Source: Patescibacteria group bacterium
GTDB taxonomy: Bacteria; Patescibacteriota; Microgenomatia; UBA1400; PJMF01
Assembly (NCBI GenBank): GCA_049322655.1
Contig: JBMORP010000002.1
Coordinates: 107,714-171,713 of the forward strand
Direction: 5' to 3'
DNA length: 64,000 nucleotides
Position numbers and translations under genes: made by a program. Under the pieces are notes generated by a model. That model did not search any database and was not told the DNA's origin. It was given only the letters and a program-made list of their open reading frames with translations. Positions 1 to 9,307 of this stretch are shown here, piece after piece. The first letter of the stretch is position 1, and each line of letters begins with the position of its first letter.

Positions 1-1
1 C

Positions 2-766
<765 letters not shown>

Positions 767-1588
767 TTACTTGGTTAACAAGGCCACCAAACCGACTCCA
801 GATTTTTTCTTGGTATTGGTGCTGGTGGCCAATTTGTTTGGCCAACTCATCAGACTAGCTATTAAGTTGGCAACTTTACTTGGCTTAGCTGTTTGAAACC
901 TATTGATTGACAAACTTGGAAACTTCTCAACAATATTTTTACCAATACCATAGAGAATAAAATGACTAAATGGCCAAACATAAAAAACTGTTTGTGCTAA
1001 TTTTTTGATTTTAAAGTGGTTTTTGTTTAAAACATCTCTTAACTGTTTCTCAGTATAAAGTCGTTGATGATCAGCCCAAATACCAGCTAAGAACCACCAA
1101 TCGCTCCTAATGTGAGTGTTTAACCATTTCATGAGTAAATAGTTAATTGGATCCCACAACATAGGAAAATCATGATTTGGAACAGTTACTACCAACTGTC
1201 CATTTTTCTTCAAAACTCGGTGAATTTCTTTTAAAGCTAGTTTTTCATCTTCCAAATGCTCCAAGACTTCAGAAAGAATAACGAAGTCAAAAGAATTATC
1301 AGCAAAAGGCAACTGATAAACACTGCCTTGCTTAATTTTAATTTTTTTATTTTTAAAAAACTGACTAGCTTTACCAATATACTCAACCTTTAACTCTAAA
1401 CCTACTACAGACTTAATAAATCGATAGTTGGCTAAAGCTTGCAAATAAAAACCCCTACCGCAACCAATATCCAATACCCTTTGAGGTTTGGCTGTTTCGA
1501 TTTGAGAAAAGATGAAGCCAGCTCTAGCAGCAAAAACAGGATCAATCTCTTTTTTTAGTAAAACTTCAATGCCTGAGTTTAACTTCAT
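767..1588 (-). CDS. class I SAM-dependent methyltransferase
   Basis: Motif I VLDIGCGRGFY and an acidic loop (ILSEVLEHLEDE) of Methyltransf_11/25-type enzymes. It lies 3 nt downstream of the DUF62 gene on the same strand. Confidence 0.7.
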   Translation of the reverse strand: MKLNSGIEVLLKKEIDPVFAARAGFIFSQIETAKPQRVLDIGCGRGFYLQALANYRFIKSVVGLELKVEYIGKASQFFKNKKIKIKQGSVYQLPFADNSFDFVILSEVLEHLEDEKLALKEIHRVLKKNGQLVVTVPNHDFPMLWDPINYLLMKWLNTHIRSDWWFLAGIWADHQRLYTEKQLRDVLNKNHFKIKKLAQTVFYVWPFSHFILYGIGKNIVEKFPSLSINRFQTAKPSKVANLIASLMSWPNKLATSTNTKKKSGVGLVALLTK

Positions 1589-1591
1589 AGT

Positions 1592-2413
1592 TTAAAGAGG
1601 TTTAATCGTAAATTCGGTACCACCAACTGGGTAGTTAAACCTGACAGCAGCAGTTCGCTCACTCATATGATGAACTCTTAAAAAGAGCTCAACAAATGGA
1701 TCATCATAGCCAGAAGAACCAAAGTTAATAGCTAAAACACCTCGATCAACCGAAAACCCACCTACCGCAACCACTCCAATCATGTTAACCCCATTAAGAA
1801 TCACTTGAATTTTTTCTCCTGGTTTCAAACCTAAATTCTTAAGATGAGAAGCCCTGGTAGTAGTTTTGATATTCCCAAAACCATCTGTCCAAGCCACTCT
1901 GTTTGGCTCAACATCTGGAATAGTGTTGATATCAAGCTCAGTAGTCAAAATAGATAAATCTCCGTTCATGACTCTAGCAACTCTTTCTGGAAAAAAATCT
2001 CTGGATCTAAACTGAGAACCTCCTGCTGGACAGTCGATGTCTCTAAACTCAACGATTTGATCCTTCATAAAACCAAAAGCATACTCTGAATAAACATTAA
2101 CTACTTCTGTTCCATTTTTAAGCCTGGCATATTTAATACCATGGTCAATATTATCCTTTTTGGCCTCAGATTTATCTCGTCTTGGAGCAGCATTACCATA
2201 AACCACCCTCTTACCATTAAAAGGAGCTAAGGCATACTGAGCCGTGACAAAACCCAAAGCAGCCGTATCCAGAGGGGGAACTTCAGTGGTATGAACCAAA
2301 ACTTGATCAGGATAATTTAAAGTATCAAAAATTCTGGTATTAATTTCACCAAACTCCATTCCGCCTGCTTTATAATCACAAACAACATGGAGAAGCTTTT
2401 TTTCTTGAGACAT
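1592..2413 (-). CDS. SAM hydroxide adenosyltransferase-like protein (DUF62; fluorinase/chlorinase family)
   Basis: SQFRSRDFFPE matches the TFxGRDxFAP motif. WTDGFGNIKTT matches the C-terminal DxPFGNvxTN motif of FlA/SalL/DUF62. TEVPPLDTAALGF resembles the N-domain EIPPxDxxAGxF. Confidence 0.55.
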   Translation of the reverse strand: MSQEKKLLHVVCDYKAGGMEFGEINTRIFDTLNYPDQVLVHTTEVPPLDTAALGFVTAQYALAPFNGKRVVYGNAAPRRDKSEAKKDNIDHGIKYARLKNGTEVVNVYSEYAFGFMKDQIVEFRDIDCPAGGSQFRSRDFFPERVARVMNGDLSILTTELDINTIPDVEPNRVAWTDGFGNIKTTTRASHLKNLGLKPGEKIQVILNGVNMIGVVAVGGFSVDRGVLAINFGSSGYDDPFVELFLRVHHMSERTAAVRFNYPVGGTEFTIKPL

Positions 2414-2509
2414 GTAATGTTTCCTTAAATATAGTAATTAAATTGATTAATAAGAGGCCTCTATTGTACCAAGCCTGGTATATCTTGCAATCTGCGATAT
2501 AATCAGCCA

Positions 2510-3457
2510 ATGACCAAAAAACCCACTAAAACCACCCCTACCAAAACTAAACAGGCAGATAAAGGCCAGTCTCTAATTGCCCCAAATAGCCAAGTAACTA
2601 TTACTTTAAATAAAAAAACCGTTGAGAATAAATACCAAGCTGTCTTAACTTCATTAGCCAAAAAACTTTCCATAGCTGGCTTTAGAAAAGGTAATGTACC
2701 TATAAAAATTGCCGAAGAACATCTTGGAGAAAACAAAATCATTCAACAAGTCCTTGATGAACTCATTCCTGAGGCTTACACCAACGCAATTAAAGACAAT
2801 AAAAAAGCTCCTATTACTAGACCTGAGTTTGCTATCACTTCAGTGGAAAAAGGTAAAGATTGGGTCCTTGAAGCTTATTTTGCTGAAATTCCAGAAGTAT
2901 CAACTCAAAAATATGAAGCTTTTGTTAAAACTGGAGCTAAAGCAGGAGATAAAGCGATTGCTCAAACTAAAAAAGACCGAGAAACTAATAAAAAAGATAG
3001 TAAAACAAACCAAGTTCCTGATTTAACTGCAGACCAAGAAAAAGAAATTAAACTTCAACATATTTTTAAAGAACTAGTTGCAGGCTTGAAACCTCAAGTA
3101 CCAGAAATGTTGTTAAAACAAGAAACTCAACATGAATTTGAACATATTTCCAGTCAGCTGCAACAACTTAATATGTCTGTTGACGATTATCTAAAACGCA
3201 GACAAATAACCATGGAAGATCTTTCTCAAGATTTAGCAGTTTCTACCCTAGGTAGACTGCAATTAGATTTAATTCTTGGGGCTATTGCCAAAACTAAAAA
3301 ACTCCAGGTAACTGATCAAGATAAAGAAAACTACTTCCAAAGTATTAAAGATGAAAAAACTAGAGAACAACTCAAAAAAGATAGTCACTATTTGGGCCAT
3401 TTAGAAACTAACCTACTCAAACAAAAAGTAGTAGACCATTTGTTGGAACTTGCGTAG
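2510..3457 (+). CDS. tig: trigger factor, short form (N-terminal ribosome-binding and C-terminal domains; the PPIase domain appears absent)
   Basis: AGFRKGNVPIKIAEEHLG is the trigger-factor signature GFRxGxxP. Only 315 aa versus about 430 aa typical. Confidence 0.6.
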   Translation: MTKKPTKTTPTKTKQADKGQSLIAPNSQVTITLNKKTVENKYQAVLTSLAKKLSIAGFRKGNVPIKIAEEHLGENKIIQQVLDELIPEAYTNAIKDNKKAPITRPEFAITSVEKGKDWVLEAYFAEIPEVSTQKYEAFVKTGAKAGDKAIAQTKKDRETNKKDSKTNQVPDLTADQEKEIKLQHIFKELVAGLKPQVPEMLLKQETQHEFEHISSQLQQLNMSVDDYLKRRQITMEDLSQDLAVSTLGRLQLDLILGAIAKTKKLQVTDQDKENYFQSIKDEKTREQLKKDSHYLGHLETNLLKQKVVDHLLELA

Positions 3458-3545
3458 AATTCTAGTTAGTCAAAGATCTTTACCAACTGCCCAGACAGTT
3501 TTGATTGACAAAATAGGCCTTTTAGACCTATAATAAACACTATCG

Positions 3546-4208
3546 ATGAATAATTTGGGCCAAAGTAAAAAACCAGCTAGCCAAAACTCAGGCATTAATC
3601 CTTTTGCTAGGGCTTTGGTTGAGCATGGTTCCAGATCAGACGACAAAAATAACCAGGCAAAATCAAATAACCAACTTTTTAGTGAAGCTTTAGCCAAAAC
3701 TGGGGGAGAGCTTAATCAAGAAGACACCCCAAAGACAGCTCAAAGAAATCTAGAACAACAGCAACAAGAATTAAAAACTCAACAAGAACGTGAGATCCTA
3801 AGAAAAAAACTCCATGACAAGGTTAATCCTGTTGATAACCATGATGTTTTTGAGGCTCGTAAAGAAAGAGAGCTCAAAGAAATCGACCAACTAAGAAAAG
3901 AAGTTGCCTTACTCATGGCTGATATTGGCTCGCTGCAAAAAGAAGCCGAAGTAACCCTAATGACCCAAATCGCAGATCCAGGTCAAGAAGGAAGTTATTT
4001 TAAAAACTTTTTTGCCAAACTTAGAAGCTTCATCATGTTACTCCGCCAGAAGGTAAAAAGTGCTAGGACTTGGGCCAAACAAATGAATTCTAGAAAAAAG
4101 AAAATGGCTAAACGTAGAGGTGGAGGCATGGTGGTTAATACTCAAGAAACTAAGTTTGTTCAAGATACCATGCATCATGAAAAAGCCACTGCTTATAGTG
4201 GTAGCTAA
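3546..4208 (+). CDS. hypothetical charged/coiled-coil protein with a basic C-terminus
   Basis: ORF only. Gln/Glu/Lys-rich, with a predicted coiled coil. Confidence 0.35.
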   Translation: MNNLGQSKKPASQNSGINPFARALVEHGSRSDDKNNQAKSNNQLFSEALAKTGGELNQEDTPKTAQRNLEQQQQELKTQQEREILRKKLHDKVNPVDNHDVFEARKERELKEIDQLRKEVALLMADIGSLQKEAEVTLMTQIADPGQEGSYFKNFFAKLRSFIMLLRQKVKSARTWAKQMNSRKKKMAKRRGGGMVVNTQETKFVQDTMHHEKATAYSGS

Positions 4209-4221
4209 TGTTTTCACCAAC

Positions 4222-4249
4222 AAAAAAATCTCCATTTTGGAGATTTTTT
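4222..4249 (+). terminator. intrinsic terminator after the 3546..4208 ORF
   Basis: Hairpin AAATCTCCA-tttt-GGAGATTT followed by a T-run. Confidence 0.6.
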
Positions 4250-4440
4250 CAGTGTTGTGAGCTCGAGTGAGACAGGTGAGCTTGCTCGTTTCACCAGCAT
4301 AACCTCGATTTCATTACGGTTATGTTTCTGGTTTCACTTGCGCTTCCTCACGCTATCCAGCATAGTGCACTTCGTTTGCACTATGTACTTGATAGAACGA
4401 ACCAGAAGCTTCTCATTACCAACTCAAAACTCAAAATAGT

Positions 4441-4470
4441 AAAAAAAGATCCAAACTTGGATCTTTCTTT
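4441..4470 (-). terminator. intrinsic terminator downstream of tRNA-Val (works in either direction)
   Basis: AGATCCAAACTTGGATCT hairpin flanked by an A-run and a T-rich stretch. Confidence 0.5.
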
Positions 4471-4477
4471 ACTACTG

Positions 4478-4551
4478 TGAGCTCGAGGGGACTCGAACCT
4501 CTGACCTCTTCGATGTCAACGAAGCGCTCTAACCAACTGAGCTACGAGCTC
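4478..4551 (-). tRNA. tRNA-Val (anticodon GAC)
   Basis: The reverse complement folds as a cloverleaf: acceptor GAGCTCG/CGAGCTC, D-arm GCTCAGTTGGTTAGAGC, anticodon loop TTGACAT, T-loop TTCGAGT, discriminator A. No encoded CCA. Confidence 0.85.
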
Positions 4552-4667
4552 TCACTTACGAAGTGGAATTATACCCAAAGAAACTGCAATTCACAATCCT
4601 CAAGAAAATGATATAATCAACCTTCGTTATTAAGCAGTTTTTTCTCAGGTGAGAAATTAGTGCTATT

Positions 4668-5261
4668 ATGACGTTCAGTATCAAGTGGTTTAAGCAAAGA
4701 GTGATTAATAACCCTTACAACAACAAACAACATAAATACGGTAGAAAAAAAGACTTTATTCAAGCGAACCACCATATTCGCTTCCCCCAAGTCAGAGTAA
4801 TTGCAGAACGAGGTGAAACGTTAGGCGTCATGACTTCTCAAGAAGCCCTACTGAAAGCCAGAGAAGTAGATAAAGACTTAGTTGTTGTCACAGATAAAGC
4901 TCAACCACCTGTTGTTAAGATTATTGAACTTTCTAAGTTCAAATATCAGTTACAACAAAAACAAGCTGAACAAAGAAAAAGCGCTAAAGGTCAAGAACTA
5001 AAAGAAGTTAGATTTACTCCTTTCATGGGAGACCAAGACTTTGAAACCAGACTTAAAAAAGTAATTGGTTTCTTAGAAAAAGGTAACAAAGTCAGATTAA
5101 GTCTAATGTTTAAAGGTCGGTCTATTACCAAAAAAGAGACTGGCTTTGAGGTCTTTGATAGAATTATTGACCGCACCAAAGAACTAGCAAAATTAGAGAT
5201 TGAGCCCAAACTTTTGGGTAAAAAGTTAATTGCTCAACTCACACCAGAAAAGAAAAAATAG
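4668..5261 (+). CDS. infC: translation initiation factor IF-3. The true start is uncertain (possibly in-frame ATT at 4758).
   Basis: IRFPQVRVIAERGETLGVMTSQEALLKAREVDKDLVVV...PPVVKII aligns to the IF-3 N- and C-domains. Conserved infC-rpmI-rplT order. Confidence 0.85.
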   Translation: MTFSIKWFKQRVINNPYNNKQHKYGRKKDFIQANHHIRFPQVRVIAERGETLGVMTSQEALLKAREVDKDLVVVTDKAQPPVVKIIELSKFKYQLQQKQAEQRKSAKGQELKEVRFTPFMGDQDFETRLKKVIGFLEKGNKVRLSLMFKGRSITKKETGFEVFDRIIDRTKELAKLEIEPKLLGKKLIAQLTPEKKK

Positions 5262-5276
5262 GTTAGGTGTAAAATT

Positions 5277-5480
5277 ATGAAAAAAATTAAACAAAAAACC
5301 AGAAAAGGTGCTGTTCGTAGATTTAAAATTACTGGCACCGGTAAAGTAATGCGTCGAGTCCAAAACCAACGTCACTTACTTAGAAACAAAAGTAAAAAAG
5401 CTAAAAGAAACTATCGAATTTTGGTCCAAGTCAAAGGTAAGTGGGCCAAAAAAGTTAAAAAAATGCTAGGTATCGCCTAA
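5277..5480 (+). CDS. rpmI: 50S ribosomal protein L35
   Basis: [24 protein letters not shown]... is L35-like. Confidence 0.85.
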   Translation: MKKIKQKTRKGAVRRFKITGTGKVMRRVQNQRHLLRNKSKKAKRNYRILVQVKGKWAKKVKKMLGIA

Positions 5481-5502
5481 TTGAAAAAAAGGAATTAATC
5501 AT

Positions 5503-5862
5503 ATGCCAAGAGTAAAAACCGGAGTCGTTCGTCGAAGAGCTCATAAAAAAGTTTTGCAACAAAATAAAGGCTATAGAGGAACTAATAGCCGTCTTTACAA
5601 AAGAGCCAAAGAAGCTAATCTTCATGCCGCTCAATATGCCTTTGTTGGTCGTAAACTCAGAAAAAGAGATATGAGAAAACTTTGGATTTCTAGAATTAAT
5701 GCAGCCTTAACTGCCGTCGGAAGTTCTTTAAACTACTCAAGATTTCTTAACGGTCTCAAAAAAGCTAGTATTGCTTTAAACAGAAAAATGCTTTCTCAAA
5801 TTGCTATTAAAGACGAACAAGCATTTAGAGAAGTAGTAGCTAAAGTTGAAAAAACTAAATAA
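5503..5862 (+). CDS. rplT: 50S ribosomal protein L20
   Basis: [26 protein letters not shown]...[14 protein letters not shown] is L20. Confidence 0.9.
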   Translation: MPRVKTGVVRRRAHKKVLQQNKGYRGTNSRLYKRAKEANLHAAQYAFVGRKLRKRDMRKLWISRINAALTAVGSSLNYSRFLNGLKKASIALNRKMLSQIAIKDEQAFREVVAKVEKTK

Positions 5863-5883
5863 TTCTGTTAGGTTAGATTAGTT

Positions 5884-6019
5884 GTGAAAACTTTGTCCTT
5901 ATTTATTAACCGCTCTTGCAAGAACTTCTTTTTTCAAAGAGGTAGTGGGGTGGTGAAGTAAATTCAGATAAAGTAAAAATAAATAGAAAACCACCCCGCT
6001 TCACCAAGCGGGGTTTTTA
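5884..6019 (+). promoter_or_regulatory. putative pheST transcription attenuator: a 25-codon leader ORF with three tandem Phe codons, an antiterminator helix and an intrinsic terminator
   Basis: The leader ORF starts at GTG 5884 (MKTLSLFINRSCKNFFFQRGSGVVK*) and ends at 5961. GGGGTGGT (5947-5954) can pair with ACCACCCC (5990-5997). That pairing overlaps the 5' arm of the terminator CCCCGC(ttcaccaa)GCGGGG+TTTTT (5994-6018). Confidence 0.4.
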
Positions 6020-6036
6020 GTTTTCAGGAAGGAAAT

Positions 6037-6207
6037 ATGAGAGAAAAACTAACTTATTTCTCACACTTAGCTAATCAACATCACTATAATCGCCTCCAAG
6101 CCAAAGAAGACTGGAAAGCAGCTGGTCTACTAGAAAAAGCCCAGCAACAGGCCCAAAATATTAAACAGACAACAACTTTAACTAAAGAAAGAAATAATCA
6201 AAGCTAA
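6037..6207 (+). CDS. small hypothetical protein (56 aa), not in the ORF track
   Basis: ATG preceded by GGAAGGAAAT (a Shine-Dalgarno-like sequence). Encodes MREKLTYFSHLANQHHYNRLQAKEDW..., hydrophilic. It lies between the attenuator terminator and pheS. Confidence 0.3.
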   Translation: MREKLTYFSHLANQHHYNRLQAKEDWKAAGLLEKAQQQAQNIKQTTTLTKERNNQS

Positions 6208-6255
6208 AGAAACTCCTGTTAATTATTTTCCTTAGCCTGGTAGAATAGAGAAACT

Positions 6256-7311
6256 ATGTCAGATCACTCTTTAGAAAAACTTCAATTAGAGATTGAAAAA
6301 ACTAAAAATCAGTTTGATCAGGATCATAATTCGGTTACAACTAAAAAAATAACTTATTTAGGCAAAAGAGGTCTTTTTAATGAGCTTTCTAAAGAAATCA
6401 TAAATGTCGATCCCCAACAAAGAAAACAAGCAGGCCAGTTGTTAAATGAACTAAAAAACTATTTACAAACCAACTTGGAAAAAACCGAGCAAAACCAAAC
6501 AAATTGGGTTGATTTAACTTTACCAGCAACCAAACCAACTATTGGTCATCTTCATCCAATTTCTCAAGCAATCGAACAAATCTCTCATATCTTCGAAAAA
6601 ATCGGGTTTACTAGGGTCAGATATCCAGAAGCAGATTGGGATTACTATGCATTTGAAGCCCTCAATATGCCCGCTGATCATCCTGCACGTGACGAATGGG
6701 AGACTTTCTTTATTAAGGCTACTCAAAATAAAAAAATGGGTAAAATGGTCCTCACTCCTCATACTTCTAATGGCCAAGTCAGAGAGATGGAGAGATTAAA
6801 GAGTAAACCACCAATTAGAATGGTTAATATTGCCCGTTGTTATCGTCGGCAACAAGATGTTACCCACACACAAATGTTTCATCAGTTTGAAGGCTTAGTG
6901 GTTGATCAAGGGATTAATATTCAACATCTTAAAGGCACCTTAGATTATTTTGCTCAAGAATTTTATGGACCTGGTACTAAAAGCAGAATTAGACCCTTTC
7001 ACTTTCAATTCACCGAACCTTCCTTTGAGGTAGACTTTAGTTGTCATCTTTGTAATGGCACCGGTCTGATTAAAAACGAGCATGGAGACAAACAAAAATG
7101 TGGTTTATGCAAATCAGGTTGGCATGAAGTAGGTGGAGCTGGCATGGTTCACCCTAATGTTTTAAAAGCAGGTGGTATCGATCCTCAAAAATATACTGGA
7201 TTTGCTTTTGGTTGGGGAGTAGAACGAACCTACACCTTACAAAAAGGTTTAAATATTGATGATATTAGGTACTTCTATTCTGGAGAAACCAGGTTTTTAA
7301 AACAATTCTAG
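6256..7311 (+). CDS. pheS: phenylalanine--tRNA ligase alpha subunit
   Basis: FQFTEPSFEVDF and FAFGWGVERT are class II motifs. The Cys-rich CxxC...CxxC GW insert is present. Confidence 0.9.
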   Translation: MSDHSLEKLQLEIEKTKNQFDQDHNSVTTKKITYLGKRGLFNELSKEIINVDPQQRKQAGQLLNELKNYLQTNLEKTEQNQTNWVDLTLPATKPTIGHLHPISQAIEQISHIFEKIGFTRVRYPEADWDYYAFEALNMPADHPARDEWETFFIKATQNKKMGKMVLTPHTSNGQVREMERLKSKPPIRMVNIARCYRRQQDVTHTQMFHQFEGLVVDQGINIQHLKGTLDYFAQEFYGPGTKSRIRPFHFQFTEPSFEVDFSCHLCNGTGLIKNEHGDKQKCGLCKSGWHEVGGAGMVHPNVLKAGGIDPQKYTGFAFGWGVERTYTLQKGLNIDDIRYFYSGETRFLKQF

Positions 7312-7319
7312 GAAAACAT

Positions 7320-9281
7320 ATGAATATCCTCATCCCTCACCAATGGTTATTAGAGCAACTTAGAACAGAGCTTAAACCAGAAAAAATTCAAGAATATGTC
7401 TCTTTGTGTGGCCCCTCAATTGAAAGGATCTACCAACGTGGTAAAGATCAAGTCTATGATATTGAAATCACCACCAACAGAGTTGATAGCATGTCAGTCA
7501 GAGGTTTTGCCAGAGAAGCTGCTGTTATTTTGGAACAATTTGGTATTCCTGCCAAATTAGTTAAACCAGCCACTTTAAAAAAACTTGACCCAAAAAATCA
7601 CTTACCTTTACCCAAAATTATTGATCAAAAAAAACTGTGCCAAAGAATCTTGGGAGTTGTCTTACAAGATGTTCAACGTACTTCTACACCAAACTGGATG
7701 GCAGACAGATTAATGCAGATAGAACAAAATTCTCACGAGAGTGCGATTGATATCACTAACTATGTTACTCATGAGTTAGGACATCCTATCCACGCCTTTG
7801 ATTATGACAAAATCATGGAGCTGGGTGGAGAGATTCATGTCACCGAAGCCAAAAAAGGGGACAGATTTACTACTTTAGATGGTGAAGATTATGAGTGCGT
7901 AGGTGGAGAGATTGTTTTTAAAAATCAGGCTGATGTGATTATTGATCTACCTTCAATCAAAGGAACAGCTAATTCATCTATTAACAACCAAACCAAAAAC
8001 ATCTTGTTATGGATTGAGTCAATCGAACCCAAAAAAGTTAGATTTGCCTCAATGACTCATGCCATTAGAACGACTGCAGCTCAGTTAACAGAAAAGGGTC
8101 TAGATCCTCACTTGGCCACGGCGACTTTTTATCGAGCAATTGGACTTTACCAAGATCTTTGTCAGGCCAAAATTGCTAGCAATATTTATGATTCATTTAT
8201 TCAAACTAAAAAACCACCAACCATTATTATGGATTTCGAGAAGATCGATAATTACCTGGGTTTGAAAATTGAAAAAAATAAAATAGAACAGATTCTCAAA
8301 AAATTGGAATGCCAAGTTGAAATAGTTAATAACACTCTTCATATCCAGCCACCTACTTTCCGCAAAGATCTAAATACTCCTGTAGATATTGTTGAAGAAA
8401 TCGCCAGAATTTATGGCTACCACAACTTACCAAGTGTCTTAATGCCAACTAGTATTCCTTTAATCAAACCAAAAGCAGTTAATTTTGAGTTTGAAGAAAA
8501 GGTCAAACACTTTTTGGCTGCACTTGGTTGGTTTGAAGTTTATAGCTATTCAATGGTGAGTGAAGAACTCGCCAAACAATCAGGTTTCACCATTGAACAG
8601 CATCTAAGCTTGGCCAACTCACTAACTGAAGACAAAGTTTACTTAAGAAGGTCATTGATTCCTTCCTTGTTAGAGATCATTGCCAATAACACTCAAGAAG
8701 AACAGTTGGCTGTTTTTGAAATAGCTAATGTCTATCATCCAAAAGAAAATCAACTCCCAGCTGAAAAATTAACTTTAGGTTTAGTTTCACAAAAAACACT
8801 GAGACAAACCAAGGGTGATTTAGCAGCCTTATTAACCAAGTTTTACTTGCCTGAATTTTTAGTTGAGCAAGTAAACAAAAATAACCAAGGTTTAGTTAAA
8901 ATCGAAGATACTGTCATTGGAAAAATTTGGGTCGAGAAAAAAAACACCTGTGTTGAATTAGAAATTGAAAAATTATTACCTTTAATTAAATTTCACCCTA
9001 GTTATCAACCACTCCCCAAAACAGCTAGTGTTAAAGAAACCCTAACTTTTACATTACCGGAAAAAACTTTAGTTGGAGAGGTGTTGCTCACGATCAAAAA
9101 CTCAGATCAAAAATTAATTAATGTAGAACTGACAGACATTTATAAAAATAATTACACCTTCGCCCTAGAATACTGGGATCCCAAAAACAATCTTGCTGGT
9201 AATGATATTAAACCCATTAGAAAAAAGATCGTTAAAAAAGTTGAACAAGAATATACCGCTAAGTTAGTAGGCAAAATTTAA
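7320..9281 (+). CDS. pheT: phenylalanine--tRNA ligase beta subunit (short, 653 aa)
   Basis: N-terminal B1 domain (ITTNRVDSMSVRGFAREAAV) and B3/4 and B5 regions are present. It follows pheS with a 9-nt gap. Confidence 0.85.
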   Translation: MNILIPHQWLLEQLRTELKPEKIQEYVSLCGPSIERIYQRGKDQVYDIEITTNRVDSMSVRGFAREAAVILEQFGIPAKLVKPATLKKLDPKNHLPLPKIIDQKKLCQRILGVVLQDVQRTSTPNWMADRLMQIEQNSHESAIDITNYVTHELGHPIHAFDYDKIMELGGEIHVTEAKKGDRFTTLDGEDYECVGGEIVFKNQADVIIDLPSIKGTANSSINNQTKNILLWIESIEPKKVRFASMTHAIRTTAAQLTEKGLDPHLATATFYRAIGLYQDLCQAKIASNIYDSFIQTKKPPTIIMDFEKIDNYLGLKIEKNKIEQILKKLECQVEIVNNTLHIQPPTFRKDLNTPVDIVEEIARIYGYHNLPSVLMPTSIPLIKPKAVNFEFEEKVKHFLAALGWFEVYSYSMVSEELAKQSGFTIEQHLSLANSLTEDKVYLRRSLIPSLLEIIANNTQEEQLAVFEIANVYHPKENQLPAEKLTLGLVSQKTLRQTKGDLAALLTKFYLPEFLVEQVNKNNQGLVKIEDTVIGKIWVEKKNTCVELEIEKLLPLIKFHPSYQPLPKTASVKETLTFTLPEKTLVGEVLLTIKNSDQKLINVELTDIYKNNYTFALEYWDPKNNLAGNDIKPIRKKIVKKVEQEYTAKLVGKI

Positions 9282-9307
9282 GGTTGGTTGTAGGATAAAT
9301 AACTACT

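Noticed and set aside
2709-3026. 105-aa Lys/Leu-rich ORF
   Set aside because: It is an alternate frame inside tig, a low-complexity artifact of A-rich sequence.
5941-6019. T-box riboswitch upstream of pheS (a GGGTGG core is present)
   Set aside because: It lacks the ACCGCG half of the T-box consensus and has no recognisable Stem I specifier or AG-bulge architecture. The available ~150 nt fits a leader-peptide attenuator better.
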